Source of the DNA: Macrostomum hystrix
Taxonomy: Eukaryota > Animalia > Platyhelminthes
Assembly: GCA_950097015.1 (NCBI GenBank)
Contig: CATNEN010000039.1
Span: forward strand, 1,674,001-1,738,000
Direction of reading: 5' to 3'
Length of the DNA: 64,000 nt
The position numbers were made by a program, and so were the translations under genes. This document shows positions 27,601-39,073 of this stretch, in pieces. The notes beneath the pieces were generated by a model, which worked only from the letters and a program-made list of their open reading frames with translations, did not search any database and had not been told where the DNA came from. How positions within the stretch are numbered: the stretch's first letter is position 1; each line of letters starts with the position of its first letter.

Positions 27601-28615
27601 CCCTTCAAATCATTCAGAATCCCATTATCCAATCCAGATCATTCAGAATCCCATTCTCCCCTCCAGATCATTCAGAATCCTATTATCCACTCCAGATCAT
27701 TCAGAATCCCATTGTCCCCTCCAGATCAATCAGAATCCTATTATCCAATCCAGATCATTCAGAATCCCATTATCCACTCCAGATCATTCAGAATCCCATT
27801 ATCCAATCCAGATCATTCAGAATCCTATTATCCACTCCAGATCATTCAGAATCCAATTATCGAATCCAGATCATACAGAATCCCATTATCCAATCCAGAT
27901 CATTCAGAATCCCACTATCCCCTCCAAATCATTCAGATTCCCACTATCCCCTCCAGATCAATCAGCACTTTTCCATTATCAGTATAACATACAATCTAAG
28001 ACAGTGGAGTGTAGACCATGACGCTCGTATTATTAATATTGCAGGAGGCCTGTGTGCAATGGCAAATCATTTAGTGACACTAGACCCGCAGCCAGTGAGG
28101 TGGCAATTTGGCACATTTCGCTGACTCCTGAGCACACAGATACGCTCACTCAGGTGTGACTTTCTCATCGTCAGGCAGTGTACACTCTCACTTTACCTTG
28201 GAGGTTCGCCCATTAGGGCGTAAATTGCGTGACAAGCCTCCAAGCCTTCTCTCCGCTGTTGCGCCCCAAATGCGCAGACGCGGCCTGGCATTGCAATCGA
28301 GCTGTACTCAAACTCGAACTCAAACCCATTCACTCGAACCCAGGCACCGCCAAGCTCTCTGACAGTTTCGCATTGGGCGGTCCCGCCTTCCTGGGCGTTG
28401 GCATCGCGGTCGGCATAGCTGCGGCACTTCTGATCGGCGGAATAGTCTTTGGCGTCTTCCACCTGGTTGCTAGGCGACGGCGCCACGCTAGCGGCGGAGG
28501 CTTTAACGGCAGGTGGTTCCCAGTGGCCATTGGGAGCTCCGCCGGTGCCGCCGCCGACAACGCAGCCGTTGGCAACAATCTGATCAGCAACAGCGGAGCG
28601 AGGACCCTGGCCTAG
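12680..28615 (+). CDS. ADAM metalloprotease-disintegrin, paralog 2
   Basis: Exons: 12680-12743 (signal [20 protein letters not shown]), 13159-13279, 16396-16536 (PCYYQG), 17395-17710 (RCG, furin RQRR), 17938-18009, 18131-18318, 18425-18509, 19276-19427 ([15 protein letters not shown]), 19971-20166, 20667-20909 ([14 protein letters not shown]), 25257-25435, 25681-25888, 26738-26939 (EGF-like), a possible short exon from 28154 (donor uncertain), 28344-28615 (TM and tail). Intron positions match paralogs 1 and 3. Confidence 0.92.
13393..16308. repeat. 17-bp satellite (tattagctactccccag)n, about 2.9 kb, ADAM-2 intron 2
   Basis: Highly homogeneous tandem array with recurring variant units. Confidence 0.97.
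16541..17315. repeat. 21-bp minisatellite (ctggcacccaactctgctaaa)n, ADAM-2 intron 3
   Basis: Tandem array starting right after the donor site; source of the WHPTLLN and APNSAKL ORFs. Confidence 0.95.
18630..19225. repeat. About 30-bp minisatellite (agagtggattccccaaggttaatttagaaa)n
   Basis: Tandem array in the intron before the ADAM-2 catalytic exon. Confidence 0.93.
19437..19940. repeat. 15-bp minisatellite (aacattgggataatg)n
   Basis: Tandem array directly after the catalytic-exon donor. Confidence 0.95.
20195..20550. repeat. Degenerate 16-bp pyrimidine-rich repeat (cttcgattcctacttt)n
   Basis: Repeated units visible directly. Confidence 0.85.
21088..21202. repeat. 15-bp repeat (ttcagaatctcctac)n
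   Basis: About 7 tandem copies. Confidence 0.85.
21535..25150. repeat. 22-24-bp satellite (gaactattggggatttgagcctcg)n, about 3.6 kb, ADAM-2 intron
   Basis: Tandem array with re-duplicated multi-unit blocks. Confidence 0.97.
25912..26005. repeat. 20-bp repeat (ggggagattcgggatgtata)n
   Basis: About 4 copies after the donor at 25889. Confidence 0.75.
26955..27962. repeat. 29-bp minisatellite (atcattcagaatcccattatcccctccag)n
   Basis: Tandem array; the ORF translations show 29-aa periodicity. Confidence 0.95.
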
Positions 28616-29087
28616 CTGGAGCCGGGACCACACTGATGCTTGCCGATCGAATTCCCAGAGCAGCTAATGCCGGCAATTGTCCCACCAATTAGCAGCTGCG
28701 TGTCATTGTACAACTGCTCAAAAACAGTGTAATCGTGTATAAAGATTTGAGCAAGTAGCCTCATAAATTTATTCCGTAATTTCCGTACAGTGCTTATTCC
28801 GCTTATTCTAATAGGGCACCCCAAATATCTTCTGACCCAATCATGTGCGAAACACCGATAAATTGTGTACTTTTACCTGTACTCAAATTCATCCTCATTA
28901 AGTAAAATTATTTTGCAATCCGGAAAATTTTATTATAAAAAAACAATCAGGCGATGCTCTAAAACAGATTCAAAGAAACAAGAAAATAGATTTTTTGATG
29001 AAACGAAATACAATAAACAAAAATATCGGAAAATATTCAAATGAACTAATTTAGGGAAAGAAATAATTTTTTATTTATAATTTTTTG

Positions 29088-29445
29088 ATTATTATTATTT
29101 AAATTATCAAGAGGGGTCAGCGGACAGGAAGCAGCCTGCCCGCAGGAGCGGGAATGCATGGCGGTGCCCCGGTGCGGAGGCGACGGAGGATTCGGCCCCG
29201 TACACCGAGCTCGCCAGTCCTGGCGCGGATTCTGGCGGCCAAGGGCGTCGATCAGCTCGAGCGCGTGCGGGCCGAATGCGCCCAGCGTCTCGACGCCAAA
29301 TGTCTTGCGTCGAGACGTCTTGAAGTCTTGGCGGTTGCAGAGTTCAGCGTACTTGGCGGCTGCTGTAGGTGGCTTGGGGCAGGTGTGAGTGACTGTAGCG
29401 TCCAAGGCCCCGCCAAGGGTTTGTGCCAGGCTGTCAGCTGCTGAG
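29088..29445 (-). mobile_element. 3' fragment of a restriction-like-endonuclease non-LTR retrotransposon (CRE/R2 group)
   Basis: Minus strand reads DATVTHT..AAAKYAEL..FGVETLGAFGPHALELIDALG, matching the C-terminal RLE pattern (D.T..K.KY..VETLG.W/FG), followed by an (AAT)n tail. Confidence 0.65.
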
Positions 29446-30149
29446 AAGAATCGCAGCTTTGGTCTGTTTGGTCTGCAGATCAGCAGTCTGTGGTTGGGCT
29501 TCTCAGCCCAACGTTTACTAAATAAACTAATTGAGCATGCGCCGAAAGCAGATTTTCAGTAGACGAGTTCAGGTAATAATGCAGATATGACAACATCGGT
29601 CTCTTGCTCCGATTCTTCTAGAAGACAGTCTCGGCTTGCTTTCTAACGACTCAAAAAGTATTTTTGACAGGCTAAGAGGACAGAAAATGATGGAGGCAGA
29701 TTGAACTGAAGCGGGCATTGTCATTACTTTCTCATGAGTTACTCATAAAACAAACACTGACAGACTGCCAAGAAATAAAGAAGAAAAATATTTGAACTAC
29801 TGAGCAACGCCCCGAGAGAGGAGTAGAAACTGAGCTGCTCAAGCAGAAGTATGCAGAAATTGGGCTGCTTAAACTGGTCGCTTTTACAAGCCAGTTGATT
29901 TCAGTTGGAAATTGCTCAGGCAGATAAAGGGGCAGAGAGCGTGGAAGTTTCCTCCCCTAATAAAATTTGAAAGCCCAAGCTAAAAAGCTATCGGTGGCGA
30001 AGGAGCAATAAAAGTAGGTTCTGAGAAAGCAATATTTGCTCCAGTGCCAGTGGGAACTGTGCTTGGGGCGGTGTGCTCACCTGATCAGCAGCAGTGCACG
30101 CTGAACTGATGCTAAAAATAGCCTGACCCAGTCTGCCCACAGCCTCGGG

Positions 30150-30156
30150 TATAAAA
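30150..30156 (+). promoter_or_regulatory. Candidate TATA box of ADAM-3
   Basis: TATAAAA 158 bp upstream of ATG 30308. Confidence 0.5.
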
Positions 30157-30307
30157 TGCGCTTTCACTGCTCAGGAGCGAGTGAGGGCTGAGCACAGTAG
30201 GACAGGCCGGAAAGGTGCTGCGTGCACAGGCAAAGTTCACAAAGTACTTCAAATCGCCGGCTACACTCAGTACTCTTATAGGAGCTTCTGTGTTCCGCTG
30301 TGTTGCA

Positions 30308-33300
30308 ATGAAGAAGCTGCGGGCGCTCCTCCTTCCAGTCTGCCTGGCGCTGGCATCTCTGCTGGATGGCGGCAGTGCAGCTTTATCGGATGGTAACTGG
30401 GCGAGCTGCAGCGCTGTGAGATATTGAGTCCGGACCTATGGGTTAGAAGTTTGGGCTACAGGCACCCTTGTAGGCATGTTAGACATGGCATAAATGTGGG
30501 ATATGTTAGAAATGCCTATGATCAAATACCACGGCTAACATTACAGGCCCACGGTCGCGTCTGTTCTATCATCTGAACGGCTCCGAGTGTGTCAGCTCGC
30601 GAACTGAAGATATTCTGCTGACTGATACCGATGGCACCAGCACTACAGTCAGGCTGCAACTGGTGGAGAGTTCCAGGTTGGTGCACAAACTATATTTTTT
30701 AGTTAAGTAAAGTCGCAAAACAAGTTGTGAGCCGCCAGCACCTTTTGCCAGCTATTTTTTATTTAAACCCACCGCTACTCTAATATTGCCACTCTGCACC
30801 AACCCCACTCCGCACCAACCCCACTCCGCACCAACCCCACTCCGCACCAACCCCACTCCGCACCAACCCCACTCCGCACCAACCCCACTCCGCACCAACC
30901 CCACTCCGCACCAACCCCACTCCGCACCAACCCCACTCCGCACCAACTCCACTCCGCACCAACCCCACTCCGCACCAACCCCACTCCGCACCAACTCCAC
31001 TCCGCACCAACTCCACTCCGCACCAACCCCACTCCGCACCAACTCCACTCCGCACCAACTCCACTCCGCACCAACTCCACTCCGCACCAACTCCACTCCG
31101 CACCAACTCCACTCCGCACCAACTCCACTCCGCACCAACTCCACTCCGCACCAATCTTTCTTTAAAACCTTAAAAAGGTTGAAAGTTTTCAGCATCAAAA
31201 TTTCCCACCTTCTCAAACGCAGAGACTTTCTGCCGACCGAGTTTGAAATCGACCCAGCAGTTGGGTCGATGCCGGCTCGACCCTGCTACTATCAGGGAGT
31301 CGTACTGGCTACAGGGGAGATGGCCACAGCCAAGCTTGTTGAAGGAATGTTCAGGTCTGGGTACTCATATTTCATGTGGCTAATTTTTTTAAATTTCACA
31401 AGAGGTGCCTAAATTGTTTGAGAAAACCTTATCTGTTACCCACTTCCCTCAGCGTCACATTCAGTTACAATGGTCGGATGTATCAGGTGTGGCCACGACC
31501 TCAGGAGCAACGGCAAAAACAGCAAGGGCGGCCACAACCTCAGCTGGCGCCCCTGGCAGCTGCCGCTCTTCCGCCCGCGCCGAATCGAAAATGTGGCACC
31601 CAACATCACCATATGGGAGGTTCAAAGACTAACAAAACTCGGAGCAATGGCACCAGTCAGGCTGACAGTATCAACAGAAATGCCACTAATGAAAGGACAA
31701 GTCATACGCACAGAAGGGCCAAGCGCTCCGTGCTGCGAGCTGACACAAATGCCCTGGTTCTGCCGGAAAACAGAAAGTACATTCGGATGATTTTAGTCGG
31801 CGACGCCGGATTTGTGAGTTTGGGCACGGGATTGAAAGCTGCTCCGCTTTGGTCCTACAAAGAAGATCTTTAGTGCATCGATATTGCAGGGATACATTGT
31901 TGAGTGAGTTGGCTGTGGAGTGAGGTGGCTGTGGAGTGAGGTGGCTGTGGAGTGAGGTGGCTGTGGAGTGAGGTGGCTGTGGAGTGAGGTGGCTGTGGAG
32001 TGAGGTGGCTGTGGAGTGAGGTGGCTGTGGAGTGAGGTTTCTATGGAGTGAGGTGGCTGTGGAATGAGGTGGCTGTGGAATGAGGTGGCTGTGGAGTGAG
32101 GTGGCTGTGGAATGAGGTGGCTGTGGAGTGAGGTGGCTGTGGAATGAGGTGGCTGTGGGATGAGGTGGCTGTGGAGTGAGGTTTCTATGGAGTGAGATGG
32201 CTGTGGATTGAGGTGGCTGTGGAGTGAGGTGGCTGTGGAATGAGGTGGCTGTGGAGTGAGGTGGCTGTGGAGTGAGGTGGCTGTGGAGTGAGGTGGCTGT
32301 GGAGTGAGGTGGCTGTGGAATGAGGTGGCTGTGGAGTGAGGTGGCTGTGGAGTCAGGTGGCTGTGGAGTGATGTAGATGAGGAGTAAGGTGCGTGTGGAG
32401 TGAGTTGCGTGCGGTGGTTAAAATGTTGGGATTGAGTTGCTTTTTGTGTCAACCTTGAAGGCAGGTGGCTTCAGGGAGTTTAAGTGTATCGAAGACCACA
32501 GATGTGCTTTACAGAGTTTTTACAAGCCCACTGTTCATAACTTTCAGTACAACGGACTGGGCAAATCGGTTGCAAAGACGTCCGAGAGACTTTTAGAAAT
32601 CGGCAACCTTGTCAACGGGGTACGCTGGTTAAAAGTCTTACAAAAATATTTTCACCTTCACACAATGCAAAATGTAATAATTTATCTATTTTTTCTATCC
32701 TAGCTCTACAAGCAGCTGGGCGTGAACGTGATCACCGTGAAGACTGTGGTGCTGACTAGTGACCCGTTCCCCGTGAAACTCGTTGCCGGACGCGTGAACG
32801 CCTCGGAGCTGCTAGACCACTTTCTGATCTACCGGATGCGGCATCTCAACGACACGCCCCACATGGTCGCTCATCTTGTATCGTGAGTAGATCCGTTTGA
32901 GTGCCTCCTGCCACTTTGCCACTAAGTAAATTTTTCATGAGGAGACTCATCATGAGCAAAATCTCATTTTTAGAGGCTACCCAATGTCCGGAGGACTGGT
33001 TGGGCTGGCCAACTTGGGAAAGCTGTGCCACTTCTCCACTGGGGGAGGCGTGAACTGGGTGAGTCTGCCTGTCACTTAGGTGAATTCACCGCCTCAACTG
33101 AGGACGACAAAATAATTATTGCTGTACATTAAAAAAATTCAATGCAACTACAACTAATTCACTCAGCAATACAATAGTATACAAAAATTCTAATTAAAAA
33201 AACCTGAAAATACAACGAACTCACTCCAAGCACCCTCACTCCACAGCCACCTCACTCCACAGACACATCACTCCACAGCCACATCACTCCACAGCCACCT

Positions 33301-36300
33301 CACTCCACAGCCACCTCAGTTCACAGCCACCTCACTCCACAGCCACCTCACTCCACAGCCACCTCAGTTCACAGCCACCTCACTCCACAGCCAACTCACT
33401 TCACAGCCACCTCACTCCACAGTTACCTCACTCCACAGCCACCTCACTCCACAGCCACCTTAGTTCACAACCACCTCAACAATGATGCTGCAGGACAACC
33501 AAATAAACAGCAGCGCTTACAGCATTGCGGCCACGGTGGCCCACGAGCTAGGCCACAACCTTGGAATGCAGCACGACGATGAAGACAATCGAACATCGGC
33601 CGGCTGCGGCTGTCCGGATCGGCAGGGCTGCATGATGCAAGCTGAGGGTGGAGAGTGAGTTGAGGAGATACTACTGATCTCACCTGTATGCAGCCTAATC
33701 TCACCTGTGTGCAATCTGATCTCACCTGTGTGCAATCTGATCTTAACAATTTGTACTTTTTACCTGGGTGCTCTTTGGCACCTTCAACACAACCGAATTC
33801 GTTTCACCCCATCTTCTGGCCAATCAGAACAGACCCAGTTAGATTCTCTGTGTGCTCCGTGAACTACTATCAGGAATTCAGTGTGCCGAACGGCCTGGGC
33901 TATTGCATGACCAGACCGCCTGAGGCCTCCGTGACGGCGGCCTCCACGCCGATCTGCGGCAACCGGATCGTTGAACCCGGCGAGGACTGCGACTGCGGTC
34001 TGCCAGCGGTGAGTCATCCTTCATCCTCCTCCTTCTCCTCCTCCTCCTCCTCCTCCTCCTCCAACTCCTCCTCCTTCTCCTTCTCCTTCTTCTCCTCCTA
34101 CTCCTCCAACTCCTCCTCCAACTCCTCCTCCTTCTCCTCCTTCTCCTCCTACTCCTCCTACTCCTCCTCCAACTCCTCCTCCTTCTCCTTCTTCTCCTCC
34201 TACTCCTCCAACTCCTCCTCCAACTCCTTCTCCTTCTCCTACTTCTCCTCCTACTCCTCCTTTCCCTTCTCCTCCTCCTCCTCCTCCTCTTCTTCCTCCT
34301 CCTCCTCCTCCTCCTCCTCCTCCTCCTTCTCCTTCTTCTCCTCCTACTCCACATTTCCCTCCTCCTCTTTCTCATCCTTTCTCTCCTACTCCTCCTCCTT
34401 CTCCTCCTTCTCCTCCTACTCCTCCTTTCCCTCCTCCTCCTCCCCCTCCTCCTCTTCTTCCTCCTCCTCCTCCTCCTCCTCCTCCTTCTCCTCCTCCTTC
34501 TCCTTCTTCTCCTCCTACTCCACATTTCCCTCCTCTTTCTCATCCTTTCTCTCCTACTCCTCCTCCTTCTCCTCCTTCTCCTCCTACTCCTTCTTTCCCT
34601 CCTCCTCTTTCTCATCCTTCCTCGTACTCCTCCTCGTCTTCCCTTCCCCCATCTCCTCTCCTAGTACCCGTCTGGTAAAAATGAGATACTTACTAGCGGA
34701 ATTATTCTCTGACAAACCCGGCAGTACTGCAACAACAGCTGCTGCAATTCTGTCAACTGCAAGTTCGCACCTGGTGCCACCTGTGCATCCGGGCAGTGCT
34801 GCAACACAACCATTTGCTCGATGAAGACCAAAGGCTCAATTTGCAGAGCTTCAAGGGGAGCCTGCGACTTGCCCGAGTACTGCAACGGTACCAACGAGTG
34901 GTGCCCGGAGGTCGACGACTACCTGCTGGACGGAACTCAGTGCGCCACCGACGCGGCTAGCGCTTCGGTTAGTGGCAGTCGATTGGAGCAACTTTGACAC
35001 TATTGACCTTTGAGATGAGTGCTGGATAGAGTACCCTTGAGATGAGTACTAGATGGAGTACCTTTGAGATGAGTGCTAGATTGAGCACCTTTGAGATGAG
35101 TGCTAGATGGAGTACCTTTGAGATGAGTGCTAGATGGAGTACCTTTGAGATGAGTGCTAGATGGAGTACCTTTGAGATGAGTGCTAGATTGAGCACCTTT
35201 GAGATGAGTGCTAGATTGAGCACCTTTGAGATGAGTGCTAGATGGAGTACCTTTGAGATGAGTGTTAGATGGAGTACCCTTGAGATGAGTACTAGATGGA
35301 GTACCCTTGAGATGAGTGCTGGATCGAGTACCTTTGAGATGAGTGTTAGATGGAGTACCTTTGAGATGAGTGCTAGATGGAGCACCTTTGAGAGATATAT
35401 ATACTGTTACAGTATAGAAATTACACCTTCAGCTAATGCTGAGCTGAAGGCAATCGGGAATTAAATATCTTGAGATTCGAACTCCTCTTGAGTGCAAGTT
35501 TATTTAGAATCCAGCCTAGACATGAAATATGTAAGTGAGAAAGGTCGAAGACAAGACAGAATCTGCCAGCCCCAGTTCTCGTGCCAACTGAAGGTGCAAG
35601 CATACTGCTACAAGGGCGAGTGCGGCAGTCGCGACGCCAGATGCTCGCAGCTGTTCACCGGAGTGGCCAAGAGTGCGACTTCGGGCGCAGCGAATGTTGT
35701 TAGCACCTATGGCAATGAGACTGGCTACTGCAGCTACCAGGCAGCTGACGCGGCGCCTCTTACCTACCTTTACCTGGGCTGCGAGACTAGGTTCGTCGAT
35801 TGGGCTGTTAACAAGAGAAAAAATGCAGCAGAAAATGGCATGAAGCCACTGAATTATCTTTTCCCCAACTGACCCGCAGCAACCAGCGCTGCGGACTGTT
35901 GCTATGCGCTGCGCCCGGCTCGGCTGCGCCAACCAGCGGCTGGTTGTCCATGGACGACGAGGATGTCAGGACCATCAAGCCGCCTGGTGTTGACACGCAG
36001 CTGGCATACGCCATGCTCGACCTAACGCCCACCGGCCTGCGTGACCCAGCGCTTGTGCCCGACGGTGCCGAGTGTGGCTCTGGCATGGTGCGTGCGGAGC
36101 CTGCTGTGATTGCTTGCTAGCTCTGATTGGTTGCTAGCTGTGATCGTTTGCTAGCTGTGATTGGTTGCTAGCTGTGATTGGTTGCTAGCTGTGATTGGTT
36201 GCCAGCTGTGATTGGTTGCCAGCTGTGATTGGTTGCCAGCTGTGATTGGTTGCTAGCTGTGATTGGTTGCCAGCTGTGATTGGTTGCCAGCTGTGATTGG

Positions 36301-37625
36301 TTGCTAGCTGTGATTGGTTGCCAGCTGTGATTGGGACTAAAGACCGGCCCTTTCTTACCACTTCCTCATCACCCCGACCCTCCTCGACCCTCCTCAGATG
36401 TGCGTCAACTCGGTGTGCCGGACGGTGTCAAACGTGACTGCCGCAGCCAATCCCACAGCCGGCCAGCTGCCCAACTGCAACGGTCGCGGCCGATGGGCGC
36501 AGAGCCGGCAGTGCTTTTGCAACGCCGGCTTCGCCCCTCCTGACTGCCTGAGTGCCGGCAATGGCGGCTCGCTGACCAACCAACCGGCGCTGTCGGCCAG
36601 CGTGGCAACCACAGCTGGTGAGGCCGCCACCATCTGGCCTCTTAAACAGCCACTGCCCCAGTAACCCCACTGCCCCAGTAACCCCACTGCCCCAGTAACC
36701 CCACTGCCCCAGTAACCCCACTGCCCCAGTAACCCACTGCCCCAGTAACCCCACTGCCCCAGTAACCCACTGCCCCAGTGACCCCACTGCCCCAGTAACC
36801 CACTGCCCCAGTGACCCCACTGCCCCAGTAACCCCACTGCCCCAGTAACCCCACTGCCCCAGTAACCCCACTGCCCCAGTAACCCCACTGACCCAGTGAC
36901 CCCACTGCCCCGGTGACCCCACTGCCCCAGTAACCCCACTGCCCCAGTAACCCCACTGCCCCAGTGACCCCACTGCCCCAGTAACCCCACTGCCCCAGTA
37001 ACCCCACTGCCCCAGTAACCCCACTGCCCCAGTGACCCCACTGCCCCAGTAACCCCACTGACCCAGTGACCCCACTGCCCCAGTGACCCCACTGCCCCAG
37101 TAACCCCACTGCCCCGGTGACCCCACTGCCCCAGTAACCCCACTGCCCTTGTACATCCGCCCAGTCGATCCCCAAGTAAATCGTGCTATTCTGCATATAA
37201 TTAAGCATTTATTTTCAATCTCAACAGCCGCCCCCACCGCGACCCCAAGTGCTAACGATAACAACAGTGAGTTTTGTATTATTGAATACTGCCTGCCATC
37301 ACCCGGGCCAATTGGGCCGATAATTGTCCTGAAATGTACTTTTAACCGTTGACTGCCTCCAGACTCGCCCAAGCTGGACAACCTGGCCTACCTGGGCATC
37401 GGCATCGGAATTGGGCTAGCTGCCGCCTGCATCATCGCCCTGATCGTCGGCCTGACAGTCTGGGCCTGCCGGCGGCACAGCAGCAGCCGGGGCGGCAACT
37501 ACAGCTACGGCAGTGAGCAGGCGCAGGTGGCCACAATTTCAGGTGTCGGCGCCACCAACGTTGCTTATAATTATTCCAGCGATAAATTTGTCTCAGGTGC
37601 GCCATTGGCGGAGCGGCGCGTTTGA
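30308..37625 (+). CDS. ADAM metalloprotease-disintegrin, paralog 3
   Basis: Exons: 30308-30392 (signal MKKLRALLLPVCLALA), 30547-30676, 31223-31354 (PCYYQG), 31453-31813 (KCG, furin RRAKR), 32548-32619, 32704-32882, 32974-33058, 33494-33654 ([15 protein letters not shown]), 33828-34008, 34725-34967 (CRASRGACDLPEYC), ~35594-35790, 35880-36087, 36398-36617 (EGF-like), 37228-37266, 37363-37625 (TM LGIGIGIGLAAACIIALIVGLTVWA, tail ending ERRV). Confidence 0.93.
30790..31153. repeat. 16-bp C-rich minisatellite (cactccgcaccaacYc)n, ADAM-3 intron 2
   Basis: Tandem array; cc and tc variants segregate along its length. Confidence 0.95.
31905..32400. repeat. 16-bp G-rich minisatellite (gtggagtgaggtggct)n, ADAM-3 intron 4
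   Basis: Tandem array. Confidence 0.95.
33220..33480. repeat. 16-bp minisatellite (cactccacagccacct)n, the reverse complement of 31905-32400, ADAM-3 intron 7
   Basis: The unit is the exact reverse complement of aggtggctgtggagtg. Confidence 0.95.
34015..34660. repeat. (TCC)n-derived polypyrimidine tract, intronic
   Basis: Low-complexity tract between the donor at 34009 and the acceptor at 34724. Confidence 0.95.
35005..35395. repeat. 27-bp minisatellite (cctttgagatgagtgctagatggagta)n
   Basis: Tandem array. Confidence 0.93.
36103..36335. repeat. 17-bp minisatellite (gcYagctgtgattggtt)n
   Basis: Tandem array after the donor at 36088. Confidence 0.92.
36650..37148. repeat. 17-bp minisatellite (ccactgccccagtaacc)n
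   Basis: Tandem array in an ADAM-3 intron. Confidence 0.95.
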
Positions 37626-37859
37626 TCTGCAACTTGTTATCAAGTGTCTCACGCACTTCTCATTCGACCAACGCTGAGCTGGAGGTCCGGCTTTTTTGTA
37701 AGTCCAACTGTCATCTGATTGTTTTCACTCAGGCCTTTGAGTAGAAAATTTGCCACTTGACTCCAAAATTAAAACAAGAACTATGCCGAATCCTGACACC
37801 TGCTGACACTTGACAGTCTACATTTTTATGTCTGCACATTTGAATGACTGACACTTAAC

Positions 37860-38370
37860 TGCCTGAAACTTAACACCCTGACATTTGACTGTCTGTCATT
37901 TGACACCCTGACATTTGACTGTCTGTCATTTGACACCCTGTCATTTGACTTTCTGTCATTTGACTTTCTGTCATTTGACAGCCTGATATTTGACTGTCTG
38001 TCATTTGACACCCTGACATTTGACTTTCTGTCATTTGACTTTCTGTCATTTGACAGCCTGATATTTGACTGTCTGTCATTTGACAGTCTGTCATTTGACA
38101 GTTTGACATCTGACAGTCTGACATTTGACAGTTTGACATCTGACAGTCTGACATTTGACTGTCTGACATTTGACTGTCTGTCATTTGACAGTCTGAAATT
38201 TGACTGTCTGTCATTTGACAGCCTGTCATTTGACAGTTTGACATCTGACAGTCTGACATTTGACAGTTTGACATCTGACAGTCTGACATTTGACTGTCTG
38301 ACATTTGACAGTCTGACATTTGAATTTCTGTCATTTGACTGTCTGACATTTGAATTTCTGTCATTTCTGA
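37860..38370. repeat. 15-bp degenerate minisatellite (tgacatttgactgtc)n
   Basis: Tandem array downstream of ADAM-3. Confidence 0.92.
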
Positions 38371-39073
38371 AATTTAATTCAAACACTTCAAACACTTTGA
38401 TAGATGTCACCTGAAGCTGCAAGAAAGGGAATGACTGAGTACATCTGCTTACAGTGGACATTGGTTAATTTAGTGAACTATTTGCAGTCTGCAGTTTTGC
38501 GAACAAATTTATTTATTCTTCTATTCTGCTTCTATATCCACAGCTATTTGCTTGTTCACTTTAGTGCACTTTTTACTCTAAGTTTTCTAAAAAATGGATC
38601 AGTAATATCAAAACAAAAGGTGTGAGTAACAAACCAATTGACTACCTGTGAAGTAGAGTGAGATGAATATAAAATAGTGAAATTAGCACACTATGCCTAG
38701 AACAGATTCGCGCAGGCTTTTATTCAAATTCTACAATTTAATTTGTGCAACGACTTTTTTCTCAACCAAGATGACAAAAATTTGTGTCAATAACAATAAA
38801 ATGGCCTGTTTGTGTCAATTCTCTAATTTTTTCATATTTTAAGTTTTTAAAGCCGGTAATATCATTACCTATAACCTATTATTTACTGATTGAAAATGCA
38901 GTTTTCTATTGTTGGTGTAACTTTGATTGATTTAGCACATTGTGTGCCTAATTGTAGGCTCGTAGGTTTATATTGATTAAATGATCAAGTTAAAATATCA
39001 CTGAAAACAAACTTTATTTTCTTATCCCATTTTTTATTTGAAAAAATCTGACAGTAGCTGACCATAATTTCCA

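Noticed and set aside
26940-28124. Long repetitive ORFs as a mucin-like ADAM-2 stalk
   Set aside because: The 29-bp unit is not a multiple of 3, is open in all frames and lies after a strong GTGAGT donor shared with the paralogs, so it is intronic.
33688-34824. Ser-rich 378-aa ORF and antisense Arg-rich protamine-like ORF
   Set aside because: This is read-through of a (TCC)n intron bounded by a donor and acceptor conserved in all three paralogs; the read-through frame does not match the next exon.
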